From Bacteroidales bacterium (lineage in GTDB: Bacteria > Bacteroidota > Bacteroidia > Bacteroidales > UBA7960): a stretch of 64,000 bases of DNA. Under the pieces are notes generated by a model. It did not search any database. It saw nothing but the letters and a program-made list of their open reading frames with translations, and was not told the DNA's origin. Position numbers and translations under genes: made by a program. This document shows, in pieces, positions 1 through 10,155 of the stretch. The stretch covers positions 41 through 64,040 of the forward strand of contig DATIKH010000080.1 of NCBI GenBank assembly GCA_035477775.1, given 5' to 3'. How positions within the stretch are numbered: position 1 is the stretch's first letter; each line of letters starts with the position of its first letter.

Positions 1-255
1 TAACAGGTATTGTTCTTTTGCGCTACTTTTTTGGCTTTCCCATTCTTTCAAAGATCTTTTTCCCCGCATTTGGGGAGTGCAAAGGTAAAAACCTTTTTTT
101 AGTCACAAAAGCTTTTTTCAAGAAAAAAAATAAAAAATTGCTTACACATTGAATATCAACATTAAGGGTGAAGTAAAAACTCCTTGTGTTTTGGTAATCT
201 GAGTATTTTTTGGATGTTGCAGGTTTTGATCACCCCTGGAGCGGGATTCAGCATG

Positions 256-271
256 GTGTCAACCAATGGCA
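256..271. repeat. Direct repeat copy 1 (GTGTCAACCAATGGCA) in the ORF-free region upstream of cydA
   Basis: Read directly. The 16-mer at 256-271 recurs at 491-506 with one mismatch (C264 vs G499). Weaker similarity continues ~20 nt downstream of both copies. Confidence 0.85.
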
Positions 272-490
272 AAATCTAGTCTCAATTTCGAATATTTACC
301 GACTTGAAAGGAACTAAATTTGAATGAGATAATCTGTCTCTTCTGTTATTATCACCGGAAATTTAGAATGTTTGGGTTTTGTCCGCCACAAGGAGCTAAA
401 ATGCGAAAATTGCTAAAAAGAAAAATGAAAATATTGTTCAGCATCGGGTTGCCTAATTAAAATTTTTCTACATTAGTCTTGTGAATTCGC

Positions 491-506
491 GTGTCAACGA
501 ATGGCA
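491..506. repeat. Direct repeat copy 2 (GTGTCAACGAATGGCA)
   Basis: Second copy, 235 nt downstream of copy 1 and 118 nt upstream of the cydA start. Confidence 0.85.
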
Positions 507-623
507 GTAAAACAGAACCTAAATTTATGTTTTCCCCAATCTTTGGATGCCTTCGGGATATGACATTGCAGAACCTATTGAAACAAAAAATATAATTCTA
601 CTTTTTGAATTTTTTAAATCCTT

Positions 624-1988
624 TTGCTAATGGAAGCATTGGAGATTGCACGGTGGCAGTTTGGTATTACAACAGTTTACCATTTTTTGTTCAGTCCCCT
701 TACCATGGGGCTGTCGTTGTTAATAGCTATGTTGCAAACCTGGTATTTTAGAACTGGCAACATTGTTTACAGGAGGCTTACAAAATATTTTGGCAAGCTT
801 TTTTTGATCATTTTTGCGGTTGGGGTTGTAACCGGAATCGTATTGGAATTTCAGTTTGGAATGGCATGGTCAGGATATTCCCGGTTTGTTGGTGATGTTT
901 TTGGGATTCCTCTTGCCATTGAAGCTTTGATGGCATTTTTTCTGGAATCTACGTTTATTGCTGTTTGGTTCTTTGGCTGGAACAGGCTTCCAAAAGGGAT
1001 CCATCTGGCAAGTATCTGGCTGGTTGCTATTGGATCGAACCTCTCGGCACTCTGGATACTCATTGCAAATGCCTGGATGCAGGCTCCGGTAGGGTTTGTT
1101 TTGAATCATGGCAGGGCCGAACTGGCCGATTTTGCTGCAATCATTCTGAATGAAAGAGCCCTGATCTCTGCCCAGCATACCATTCTTGCCGCCCTTTCTA
1201 CCGGAGGGCTTTTTATGTTGGGAATCAGTGCTTGGAATATCATTAGAAAGAATCAGGTTGAAGTATTTGCCAAACCGGCAAAACTAGCTCTGGTGTTTAC
1301 GATTGTGTCGAGTATTCTGGTTGCTTTTACAGGGCACCGGCATGCCCAACATACCGCTGAGCATCAACCGATGAAACTTGCTGCCATGGAGGCGCTTTGG
1401 GAAACTGAGCAACCTGCAAATTTTTCGATGTTTGCTCTCATTGATGAGGAGAATCAAAGCAAACGCTTTGAATTGAAGATACCACAGCTGCTTTCACTTA
1501 TTGCATTCAATGATGTGAATGCAAAGGTGAGGGGTATGAACGAATTGCAGGTGTATTATGAAGAGAAATTTGGCCCTGGAAACTATAAGCCCCCTGTGGT
1601 TGTTATTTATTGGAGTTTCAGGTTGATGGTTGGATTTGGAATGCTCTTTATTTTATTTGCATTTATAGGGCTTGTGCTATGGTGGAAGAAAAAACTTGAG
1701 GTAAGCCGAATATATTTGCGCCTTGCAACAATAATCATGTTCCTGCCCCTTGTGGCCAATTCACTGGGATGGATCGTTGCCGAAATAGGGCGGCAACCTT
1801 GGGTGGTTTATGGGTTGTTGCTTACTCGGGATGGGTTGTCGCCAAATGTTACCGCCGCAAGTCTTCTGACTTCCACCATAGCTTTTACCATTGTTTATGG
1901 TTTCCTGGCTTGTGTTGCAGTTTTTTTGATTTACAAATACGCCAAACCCGGTGTTTCTGAGCACGACGAAGTAATAAACGCATATTAA
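624..1988 (+). CDS. cydA: Cytochrome bd ubiquinol oxidase subunit I
   Basis: 454-aa polytopic membrane ORF. The N-terminus MEALEIARWQFGITTVYHFLFSPLT and the C-terminal GWIVAEIGRQPWVVYGLL are hallmark CydA sequences. It is followed by cydB and cydDC. TTG at 624; first ATG at 630. Confidence 0.93.
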   Translation: MLMEALEIARWQFGITTVYHFLFSPLTMGLSLLIAMLQTWYFRTGNIVYRRLTKYFGKLFLIIFAVGVVTGIVLEFQFGMAWSGYSRFVGDVFGIPLAIEALMAFFLESTFIAVWFFGWNRLPKGIHLASIWLVAIGSNLSALWILIANAWMQAPVGFVLNHGRAELADFAAIILNERALISAQHTILAALSTGGLFMLGISAWNIIRKNQVEVFAKPAKLALVFTIVSSILVAFTGHRHAQHTAEHQPMKLAAMEALWETEQPANFSMFALIDEENQSKRFELKIPQLLSLIAFNDVNAKVRGMNELQVYYEEKFGPGNYKPPVVVIYWSFRLMVGFGMLFILFAFIGLVLWWKKKLEVSRIYLRLATIIMFLPLVANSLGWIVAEIGRQPWVVYGLLLTRDGLSPNVTAASLLTSTIAFTIVYGFLACVAVFLIYKYAKPGVSEHDEVINAY

Positions 1989-2017
1989 CAGGAACGATTT
2001 TATAAAAATTTGGAACT

Positions 2018-3037
2018 ATGGACTTTCAACTGATATGGTTCGTATTGATTGCTGTCCTTTTTGTTGGATATTTTTTTCTCGAGGGGTTCGATTTTGGGGT
2101 AGGCATAATAATGCCATTCGTAGGCAAAGATGATGTTGATCGCCGGGTAGTTTTAAATACTATCGGGCCTTTCTGGGATGGCAACGAAGTTTGGCTAATA
2201 ACTGCTGGAGGAGCCATGTTTGCAGCTTTTCCGCACTGGTATGCCACCCTTTTCAGTGGTTTTTATATTCCGTTCCTCATCATGCTTCTTGCACTTATTT
2301 TTCGCGCCAGCGGGTTCGAATTTCGTAGTAAAATGCCTCATTCCTGGTGGCGGAAAGTTGCCGATTGGCTCATCTTTGCCGGAAGCATTATTCCTGCTTT
2401 CCTCTGGGGCGTTGCTTTTACCAATATTGTAATGGGCCTTCCTATCGGAGCAGATATGTATTTTACCGGCAACCTGGTCGAAATCCTCAATCCATACGCA
2501 TTGCTTGGAGGCGTCGTGGTGGTGCTGATGTTTATGCTGCATGGAGCATTGTTCCTATGCTTGAGAACTACTGGCGAAATCAAAAACAGAGTCGAAAAAT
2601 TGGCAGGGTTTCTTTGGTGGCCTACTGCTGTTGCAAGCATTTTGTTTGCCGTGTTGGGTTACTGGCTAACCATAATTTTTGGGAACGATGGATTTACCAT
2701 AAGTTTGTTGCCGCTCCTGGCTCTGATCATTTTCACTTCAAGCTATGTTCTGATACGGCTAAAGTTTTTCAAATTTGCTTTCGCAGGTATTGCCATGACA
2801 ATCGTTCTGGGTACGATTATCATGTTTTACGGAATGTTTCCAAATGTTTTGCCATCCTCGATTGATACTGCCTACAGCCTGAACATTTATAATTCTTCTT
2901 CAAGTCCATTGACCCTGCGGATTATGAGCATTGTTGCCCTGATTTTTCTTCCAATTATTCTGGTTTATCAGGTATGGAGCTATCGGATTTTTTCAACCAG
3001 AATTTCCCGTGATGCCATTCCAAGCGAAGGAGTTTAA
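2018..3037 (+). CDS. cydB: Cytochrome bd ubiquinol oxidase subunit II
   Basis: 339-aa membrane ORF 29 nt after cydA. N-terminus FVLIAVLFVGYFFLEGFDFGVG is typical of CydB. Confidence 0.92.
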   Translation: MDFQLIWFVLIAVLFVGYFFLEGFDFGVGIIMPFVGKDDVDRRVVLNTIGPFWDGNEVWLITAGGAMFAAFPHWYATLFSGFYIPFLIMLLALIFRASGFEFRSKMPHSWWRKVADWLIFAGSIIPAFLWGVAFTNIVMGLPIGADMYFTGNLVEILNPYALLGGVVVVLMFMLHGALFLCLRTTGEIKNRVEKLAGFLWWPTAVASILFAVLGYWLTIIFGNDGFTISLLPLLALIIFTSSYVLIRLKFFKFAFAGIAMTIVLGTIIMFYGMFPNVLPSSIDTAYSLNIYNSSSSPLTLRIMSIVALIFLPIILVYQVWSYRIFSTRISRDAIPSEGV

Positions 3038-3095
3038 GCACCAGTTGAAAAACCTCAGGTTTTCCAGATTAGAATCAGTCAGTTATTTCTAAGCC

Positions 3096-4817
3096 ATGAA
3101 CATCCATCGGAAACTGTTCGGCTTTTCCCGGAATATTCGTAGTTTTTTGCCAGGATTATCAGCATTGAGTATGTTGATAGCTGCAACGGTTATCCTTCAG
3201 ATGTATCTGATCAGCAAATGCATCTCTAAGGTTTTTATTAATTCTGAAACTCCTGAATATGCTACGTATGTTCTTTTACTTCTAGTTATTTTGATCAGGG
3301 CTGCACTTGTGTTTTGGCGCGAAAGATTTTCTCAAACAAAATCGGTAGAAATAAAGTCTTCGATCCGGAGTTCGTTGGTACATCATTTGTTTCATCACAA
3401 TGATATTTTTTCGAAAAAAGTTAATACAGGTGAGTTGGTTGCTGTGGTTGCCGAAGGAGTAGAGAAACTCGACGATTACTATGCAAAGTACATTCCGGCA
3501 ATTTTACATCTTTTCGTTTTTTCAACAATCCTATTGGTTTTTACATTCTTTTATGACCCGTTAAGCGGAATTGTATTGTTGGTAACCGGGCCGCTCATCT
3601 TGTTCTTCATGTGGATGATTGGTACACATGCCAAGACCATAACCCAAAGGCAGTGGGAGTCGTTCGAAGGATTATCGGGTTACTTTCTGGATGTTTTGCA
3701 GGGTCTGAAAACCCTTAAAGTCTTTGTGGCTGAGAAAAGGGAATCGCAGCGGGTGTTTACATCCAGCAATTCGCTTAGAATTTTGACAATGAAGGTTTTG
3801 AGAGTGGCCTTTATGTCGGGATTTGTGCTCGAGCTGGCCGCCAGCCTAAGTATAGCTATTGTTGCACTTCAGGTTTCCATCAGGCTTATCGAAGGATTGA
3901 TGGTTTTTGAGTCAGGGTTGCTCATTCTGCTGTTAGCTCCTGAATTTTATTTACCATTCAGAGCATTGGGTTCCCATCATCATGCCGGCATGGAAGGAGC
4001 TGCTGCAGGAGAGCGAATTTTTGATACTTGCCTAAAGCAGCCAGCATTGGAACCCAAAGGAGACTTTGATTTTGAAAGAAAACCGCTGATTACAGTTGAA
4101 TTCAAAGGTGTTGGGTACACCTATTATACTGAAACCCAATTTGCATTGAGTAATGTCAATTGCACATTGAAGCATGGCACTTTAACTGCCCTGGTAGGAC
4201 CAACTGGCTCCGGAAAATCCACTTTTGCCAAGCTATTGCTCAAATTTCTTAACCCAACACAAGGTGCCATTTTTGTAAACGGAACTTCCCTTGAAAGCAT
4301 CAGAAATGCGCAATGGTGGGAAAACCTGGCTTATGTTGCACAGGACCCGCATTTTTTTAACGGAACCATCCACGACAACCTCATTGTTGCAAACAAGGGT
4401 GCGGGCTTAGAGCATATTTATGAAGCTGCCAGACTTGCTGGCATCCACGAATTCATTCTAAACCTTCCCAATGGGTATCATGAGTTAATTTTTGATAATG
4501 CTTCCGGGCTTAGTGCCGGTGAGAAACAAAGGTTGGCCGTCGCCCGGGCTTTAATAAAGGATTCTCCGTTGCTTGTGTTGGATGAGCCCTCCTCAAACCT
4601 TGATCCCCAAAGTGAAATTCTGATCGCTGATGCTACCCAACGCCTGGTACAGGATCGTACTACACTCGTAATTGCCCATCGCCTGAGAACGGTAATCCAG
4701 GCAAATCAGATATTGGTTTTCGACAAAGGACAAATTGCTGCAATGGGAACACATGATCAATTGATTAAGCAGAAGGGTATTTATGCTGGATTTTTTGAAA
4801 CCTACCACCTTATTTAA
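3096..4817 (+). CDS. cydD: Thiol reductant ABC exporter subunit CydD
   Basis: 573 aa, TMD plus NBD. Walker A GPTGSGKST, signature LSAGEKQR, Walker B LLVLDEPSS. TMD blocks EGVEKLDDYYAKYIP, LSGYFLDVLQGLKTLKVF and LRVAFMSGFVLE resemble E. coli CydD as I recall it. Confidence 0.85.
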   Translation: MNIHRKLFGFSRNIRSFLPGLSALSMLIAATVILQMYLISKCISKVFINSETPEYATYVLLLLVILIRAALVFWRERFSQTKSVEIKSSIRSSLVHHLFHHNDIFSKKVNTGELVAVVAEGVEKLDDYYAKYIPAILHLFVFSTILLVFTFFYDPLSGIVLLVTGPLILFFMWMIGTHAKTITQRQWESFEGLSGYFLDVLQGLKTLKVFVAEKRESQRVFTSSNSLRILTMKVLRVAFMSGFVLELAASLSIAIVALQVSIRLIEGLMVFESGLLILLLAPEFYLPFRALGSHHHAGMEGAAAGERIFDTCLKQPALEPKGDFDFERKPLITVEFKGVGYTYYTETQFALSNVNCTLKHGTLTALVGPTGSGKSTFAKLLLKFLNPTQGAIFVNGTSLESIRNAQWWENLAYVAQDPHFFNGTIHDNLIVANKGAGLEHIYEAARLAGIHEFILNLPNGYHELIFDNASGLSAGEKQRLAVARALIKDSPLLVLDEPSSNLDPQSEILIADATQRLVQDRTTLVIAHRLRTVIQANQILVFDKGQIAAMGTHDQLIKQKGIYAGFFETYHLI

Positions 4818-4824
4818 GTAAAAT

Positions 4825-6537
4825 ATGCATCGGCATTTTACAGGGTTTTTGAAGGACTATCGGTTCAGGTTTTTTTTAGCAATTGTTCTTGCTACAGCAA
4901 CTCTTTTGGCTGGAATTGGACTTATGGCTTCGTCGGGATACCTTATTTCGAAGGCAGCTCTTCGGCCCATGATTGTTGATTTGTTTGTGGTTACAGCCGC
5001 TGTAAGATTTTTTGGAATTTCGAGGGCTGTTTTGCGCTACTTTGAACGCGTTGTAGCCCACGACCTTACATTCAGAATCCTGTTATCGATCAGAATCTGG
5101 TTCTACAATCGTATTAGCGAACGGCCAATGATGTGGCTTATGGGCCGAAGACCTGGCGATTTGCTTGCAAACGTCGTTGCCGATATCGAAACTTTACAAA
5201 ATGCCTATTTGCGGGTAATAGCTCCCGCGATAGTTGCAATTTTGGTCTCCATAATTACTTGTGGGTTGTTGTGGTTTTTTGACCCAATCATAGCACTCAG
5301 TACCTTAATTTTTCTTGCAATAAACGGATTTCTTTATTCCTGGATGGTGCAAAAGATTTCGAAGGGAAGAGGAATAATGGAAGTGGAGGCAAAAGCTCAG
5401 CTAAAAACGAGTTTGGTTGACAACCTTAACGGTTTGGCCGAGGTGCTCTGGCTGGGGAAAAGTGAAGCCACCTTGAAGGAATTTTCAAGTCTTCAGAATA
5501 AACTGGATACAATTCAGAAAAAGCATGCAAAGGTATCTGGGTTAAATGAAGGTATGAACCACTTTGCAGCACATTTGGGCATGTTTGCGTCGTTGATGCT
5601 TATGATTCCTCTGGTGCTTTCAGGCGACCTGGAAGGTCCCATGCTGGCTTTGGTGGCTTTTGGTGTACTCAGTAGTTTTGAGGCTGTTCAGACTCTTGCA
5701 GGTGCAATGCAGTACAAGGAAAAAACAAAGGCCGCTTTCTCCAGATTGGTCGCATTAGATCAATCGGTGCATCCGATTGGAACATCTGTTTTGCTGGATT
5801 TACCCGCATCGTACGACCTGAATTTTGAAAATGTTCGATTTGCTTACCGAGAAGAACAGATTCTGCTTCAGGATATTACTTTAAATATTTCGGAAGGTTC
5901 AAAAACAGCTATTGTGGGGCCATCGGGAAGCGGGAAAAGCACATTGGTAAATTTATTGCTCAGACTTTGGGAACCTGATTCGGGGGAAATTACTTTAGGT
6001 GGAACTGCCATATCAATGTACCCTGTTGACCAGCTCCGGTTACAATTTGCTGTGGCTGCACAGGATTCTTACATTTTTTCTAGAAGTATCCGCGAGAACC
6101 TCGAGATTGGGAATCCATCTGCCAGCCTGGACGAGTGCGACAGGGTATTGACCCGGGTAGGGTTGGAAGATTTTACAAGTGGTAACACCAATCACCTTGA
6201 TGCCAGGAGGGCTGTCAGGCTCTCAGGTGGTGAGAAACAGGCGTTGACCTTGGCAAGAGCTATGCTGAATGATGATGCCCGAATCTGGATTTTCGATGAA
6301 CCATCGGCGAATCTTGATCGAACTACCGAGCGAGAAATCATGAACGGAATTTGGTCAAATCTGGGTCACCGTTCTTTGATAATGATTACACACAGGTTGG
6401 TTAATATGGACAAAATGGACCAGATCATTGTGATGGATAAAGGGAAAGTGGTTGAAAAGGGAACTCATGCAGAGCTTTTAGCAGCAGATAATTTTTATGC
6501 AAAAATGTTTGAGCAGCAAAACCTGTTGTTGAAATGA
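4825..6537 (+). CDS. cydC: Thiol reductant ABC exporter subunit CydC
   Basis: 570 aa, TMD plus NBD. Walker A GPSGSGKST, signature LSGGEKQA, Walker B IWIFDEPSA. Lies 7 nt after cydD in the cyd operon. Confidence 0.82.
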   Translation: MHRHFTGFLKDYRFRFFLAIVLATATLLAGIGLMASSGYLISKAALRPMIVDLFVVTAAVRFFGISRAVLRYFERVVAHDLTFRILLSIRIWFYNRISERPMMWLMGRRPGDLLANVVADIETLQNAYLRVIAPAIVAILVSIITCGLLWFFDPIIALSTLIFLAINGFLYSWMVQKISKGRGIMEVEAKAQLKTSLVDNLNGLAEVLWLGKSEATLKEFSSLQNKLDTIQKKHAKVSGLNEGMNHFAAHLGMFASLMLMIPLVLSGDLEGPMLALVAFGVLSSFEAVQTLAGAMQYKEKTKAAFSRLVALDQSVHPIGTSVLLDLPASYDLNFENVRFAYREEQILLQDITLNISEGSKTAIVGPSGSGKSTLVNLLLRLWEPDSGEITLGGTAISMYPVDQLRLQFAVAAQDSYIFSRSIRENLEIGNPSASLDECDRVLTRVGLEDFTSGNTNHLDARRAVRLSGGEKQALTLARAMLNDDARIWIFDEPSANLDRTTEREIMNGIWSNLGHRSLIMITHRLVNMDKMDQIIVMDKGKVVEKGTHAELLAADNFYAKMFEQQNLLLK

Positions 6538-6593
6538 AACCGATATTCTTTCTGGTCGCAGGTATTTTCTTTAACGTAAGGGAAGGAGCCTGA

Positions 6594-7559
6594 CTAGTAA
6601 TAACTTAAATTAATAGAAACCGACAGGCCAAAGTTCAGGTTTTTTACATGTATCTTATAATCAGTAGTCAATCTGTTTTCTCTTGAGAAAATCCAGGGCT
6701 TGTCATTTATTTTAAAACAATAACCTGCAAATACTCCGGCAGTCAAGTAACCCCGTCCCAAAAAAATGGGGTTGTACATCTTGTAGGCCAACCTCAACCC
6801 TGCAAAACCTGTGAGTTGGTTAAACCTGATGTCAAGATCTCTTACTGCCAAGTATTCATCTAATGAAATTCGCCGGTCATAAGCACTGTTTATCAATCTA
6901 TGCCTGTTCCATTTTATTGCAATCTTCGGGGTGATGATAAATCGAGGCGAGTAAACCAGATTGTATCCAAAGTGCAATCCGTATTTAGAATACTCTAAAT
7001 CTATACTAAGCGAATCGCTTATATCCGCAAAGGAATTTGAGAGCCCATACGAAATGCCGGCATAAATCCTGTTAAACATTCCGGATAACCCAAAGGTAAT
7101 GCTCCCAAGATTCACATTCAATATGTCGATATTTGAATCTCCTAATGCAGCTCTGAATTCCCCAAAGTCCTTGAAGATAAAATCCGCCTGAGCAAAGTAG
7201 CCGATAAATACAAATCTTGGGAAGTGCGATTTGGCTGTAATATCAACGTTTTCTTTACCATAATCTTCAAAATTTTCCAAATTTAATGTTGCACTTTCAG
7301 GTACCCTATCCTGCTTGGGGGTCGATAGGGTGTCGGGGCTCGATGGTAATGGTACCAAGAGGGCTTGAGGTTCTGCGTTATTGCATGTACCTGCCATGCC
7401 ATCATGCATAAAGCTTAGATTAGTAAAGGGGAAGGCAGCAATGTTTTCGGTAGGTTTTTTCGTATTGTTTAAAAAGGTATCCTCAAAATCGTTTAATTTC
7501 TGACTCAATACAAAGCCTGAACCCACACAAAAGAATACCGACAGAAGTAATGCTTTCAT
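6594..7559 (-). CDS. Hypothetical outer-membrane beta-barrel-like protein
   Basis: Signal peptide MKALLLSVFFCVGSGFVLSQ. The C-terminal half has alternating aromatic/Gly-rich strands and a terminal ...SINLSYY aromatic end typical of OM barrels. The ORF track starts at TTG 7577; I prefer ATG 7559. No family recognised. Confidence 0.55.
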   Translation of the reverse strand: MKALLLSVFFCVGSGFVLSQKLNDFEDTFLNNTKKPTENIAAFPFTNLSFMHDGMAGTCNNAEPQALLVPLPSSPDTLSTPKQDRVPESATLNLENFEDYGKENVDITAKSHFPRFVFIGYFAQADFIFKDFGEFRAALGDSNIDILNVNLGSITFGLSGMFNRIYAGISYGLSNSFADISDSLSIDLEYSKYGLHFGYNLVYSPRFIITPKIAIKWNRHRLINSAYDRRISLDEYLAVRDLDIRFNQLTGFAGLRLAYKMYNPIFLGRGYLTAGVFAGYCFKINDKPWIFSRENRLTTDYKIHVKNLNFGLSVSINLSYY

Positions 7560-7605
7560 GGTCGTTGTTGTTATCAATCAGGAGGTTAAAACCTTGGGAT
7601 TAATA

Positions 7606-7613
7606 CAAATATA
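7606..7613 (-). promoter_or_regulatory. Candidate Bacteroidota sigma-A -7 box (TATATTTG = TAnnTTTG)
   Basis: The reverse complement of CAAATATA matches TAnnTTTG exactly, 47 nt upstream of the ATG at 7559. Confidence 0.4.
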
Positions 7614-7733
7614 AAAATTAATCAGAAACAATCTCTTCGGGAATGAGAATGCACATGTTTTGCCTGCTGAGATCAAGGCAAATAATTGTTTTGGGAAATC
7701 AGGGCCAGTAGCTTTCTGGCGAATAGAAGTGCT

Positions 7734-9095
7734 TCAGGTACTTTGAAAAGATTTTACCAAAGCATCCATTACTGTTTTAAAGGAATTGTATAGCCTGCTG
7801 AAATCCTGAGGTTGGAAAAATCTTTGGTGAAGCAGACGAATGGCCGATAAAAACTGCTGGAACCAAATGCGGTAGATTTTCGAAAATATTACGACAAGTG
7901 GCAAACTTGCTAGGTAGGCAAGACCTATGAAAAAACTACCTGTAAACAGCCAGACCAGGGCTGCCTGAATGAGAAAAAACAATGGAGCAACTGCAAGACC
8001 CCATAAAAACTTAACGGAACTGTGAAACTGACGGTCTTTAAATTTTCTGAGAAGCAGCTGCAATAAAAAGGATTTGGGGATGCCGTTTACAGCGCCATAT
8101 AAATAGACCGGAAACATCAATAACAAGCCTATTTTCAGGCAAAAGATTTTCATTATACCCGGCTTAACACCAAAGGGCAAGGCTCTTACTTTTGCCTTGT
8201 CGAGTAGAGTCAGGAGGTTCTCGGTTTGCTCCATAAGCTGGGCGGTATGATTTGCCTCCGAAACTCCTTGCTCCTCCAATATTCTGGTAAGAGCAAGTTG
8301 GGTAGCAAATTCCGACTTATGGCTCATCTTATTTTTGCCTGAGTGTAGCAGAAGAGACTTGGAAAGCAATTCTGAAGCCCTGTAGATGGTGTCGTACCTG
8401 TGGGTATCTCTGATGTTAATGGTGAGTTCCGAAAGTTTTCTGCTTATTTCGTCGCGCAACAAAAGCATTGCTTTTTGCTGGTTTTGCAGAAAGTCCTGCT
8501 GAAACTGAGCAACATCAATAGGTTTGCCAAACCGGATATGTACTACACTGTGCATTTTTTCGTAGTCGCTGTAATGGATACCCACAGGAACCACTTTTAT
8601 TCCCAACGAAAAATTATTTTTCGATTCGGCAAGAAATGCCAGCCGCGGTATTCCTTTCTTAAGGGGCAGCAATCGCCGCAGGTTGGTATGTGTAGCTTCC
8701 GGAAAAATGCCAACCGACCTGCTATTTTCCAGAACTTCTAAGGCGAAATTGAATGATTTGTCGTTGTTGTGCAGGTTCTCCGCTCCGTCGCGGATGCGAA
8801 ACACCGGCAACATTTTCAGCCAATGGAAGAAATCGCGTAGCACCGGGATGTTAAACACATCGGCCCGGGCTAAAAATACTGTTTGCATTCGGTTTGCATA
8901 AATCAGGACAAGGGGGTCCATCAAAGCGTTCTGATGGTTGGGAGCGAATATTACGGGATTGTCGTTTGGAATATTTTCTTTCCCTTCTACAACAATCTTC
9001 TTGTAGAACAACCTCAGGTAAAAGAAAATAACTTTTGAAAACAAAAACCAACCTCGCGAGTGGCGGAAAAAGTGCTCCTTATTTTTCACCTTCAT
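7734..9095 (-). CDS. Lysophospholipid (1-acyl-glycerol-3-phosphate type) acyltransferase family protein with C-terminal membrane domain
   Basis: Acyltransferase block I APNHQNALMDP and block III GIFPEATHTN. The C-terminal ~130 aa are hydrophobic. Confidence 0.75.
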   Translation of the reverse strand: MKVKNKEHFFRHSRGWFLFSKVIFFYLRLFYKKIVVEGKENIPNDNPVIFAPNHQNALMDPLVLIYANRMQTVFLARADVFNIPVLRDFFHWLKMLPVFRIRDGAENLHNNDKSFNFALEVLENSRSVGIFPEATHTNLRRLLPLKKGIPRLAFLAESKNNFSLGIKVVPVGIHYSDYEKMHSVVHIRFGKPIDVAQFQQDFLQNQQKAMLLLRDEISRKLSELTINIRDTHRYDTIYRASELLSKSLLLHSGKNKMSHKSEFATQLALTRILEEQGVSEANHTAQLMEQTENLLTLLDKAKVRALPFGVKPGIMKIFCLKIGLLLMFPVYLYGAVNGIPKSFLLQLLLRKFKDRQFHSSVKFLWGLAVAPLFFLIQAALVWLFTGSFFIGLAYLASLPLVVIFSKIYRIWFQQFLSAIRLLHQRFFQPQDFSRLYNSFKTVMDALVKSFQST

Positions 9096-9097
9096 AT

Positions 9098-10048
9098 TCA
9101 GGTGTTTCTAGATTTATAGCGCCAGTAAAAAGCCAATGCAAGCCCGGAAACAATATGCCAGATCCCCCACCAGGCAGCAACTATAGCCATACCTCCGGTT
9201 GGTAAGTCTTGAGGGAAAATGTTGGGGTTAAAAATAAGCACCAGTCCCAATGCGCTGTTTTGTATCCCGGTCTCTATGGATAGGGTTTTGCGGTTCTGCA
9301 AACTTTGTTTGAAAAGTCTGCCCACACTATATCCGGTAGCTAATGCCAAGCCATTGTGAAGCAATACAATGATGAAAATCCAATAAATATGCCTTACAAA
9401 ATGGTCGTAATTGTTGGTAAACAGCACTATGAGCATTCCAACAAAAAACACCACGGAGAAAATCCAGATGGGTTTTTTGATTTTTGCGGTAAACCGTGGC
9501 AGGAAATGATTGGTAAGCATACCAATCAATATTGGAATGCCTAGCAGTATAAGGACAATGCGAAACATTTCCAACGGGTTAATATACAACTCCTTGAGCA
9601 GGGCGTTGTCGGCATGAGGTCCAAAGGTGCTGTAGATGCTTCCCCACAAGAAAAAGTTGAGGGGAGTCATCACAATAGCGGCAATGGTGGCAATAGCGGT
9701 GAGGCTCACCGAAAGGGCGGCATTACCCTTAGCCATTGTCGAAATAAAGTTAGAAACATTTCCTCCGGGGCAAGCTGCGACCAAAATCATTCCCATTGCC
9801 ACGCCTACCGTAAGGTTGTTCCAAAATGCAAAAACCAGGGCAGTGGTAAGGAATGGCAATATTACAAATTGTGAAACCACACCCAATAAAACAGGTTTTG
9901 GGTTCTTGATCAATTCAAGAAAATGGCTGGTTTTGATTTCGAGGGCCACGCCAAACATGATAAAGGCTATGGCAATATTTAAAACAAAAAGGCCACCTGC
10001 TGAAAAATTAAGCCTGATGGCATCCATTAACTCCAACGCTTCAAACAT
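9098..10048 (-). CDS. Bile acid:sodium symporter (BASS/SBF) family transporter
   Basis: 316-aa polytopic protein with the ACPGGNVSNF motif characteristic of SBF transporters. Its stop lies 2 nt from the acyltransferase start. Confidence 0.8.
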   Translation of the reverse strand: MFEALELMDAIRLNFSAGGLFVLNIAIAFIMFGVALEIKTSHFLELIKNPKPVLLGVVSQFVILPFLTTALVFAFWNNLTVGVAMGMILVAACPGGNVSNFISTMAKGNAALSVSLTAIATIAAIVMTPLNFFLWGSIYSTFGPHADNALLKELYINPLEMFRIVLILLGIPILIGMLTNHFLPRFTAKIKKPIWIFSVVFFVGMLIVLFTNNYDHFVRHIYWIFIIVLLHNGLALATGYSVGRLFKQSLQNRKTLSIETGIQNSALGLVLIFNPNIFPQDLPTGGMAIVAAWWGIWHIVSGLALAFYWRYKSRNT

Positions 10049-10155
10049 CTTTTCAAAATTTGAAGCAAAAATACAAATACTTTAATTTGGTTATGGAAAG
10101 AATTAAATATCTGTTTAATGTGAATTTATTTTGGCTCAACAATGTTTGTGAGTGG

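Noticed and set aside
368-460. 30-codon ORF (internal 19-codon version preceded by AAGGAG) upstream of cydA, considered as a CydX-like small subunit
   Set aside because: The peptide (MFGFCPPQGAKMRKLLKRKMKILFSIGLPN) is basic and lacks the single hydrophobic helix of CydX/CydH-type subunits. Those subunits normally follow cydB. Shine-Dalgarno pairing is also not a reliable signal in Bacteroidota.
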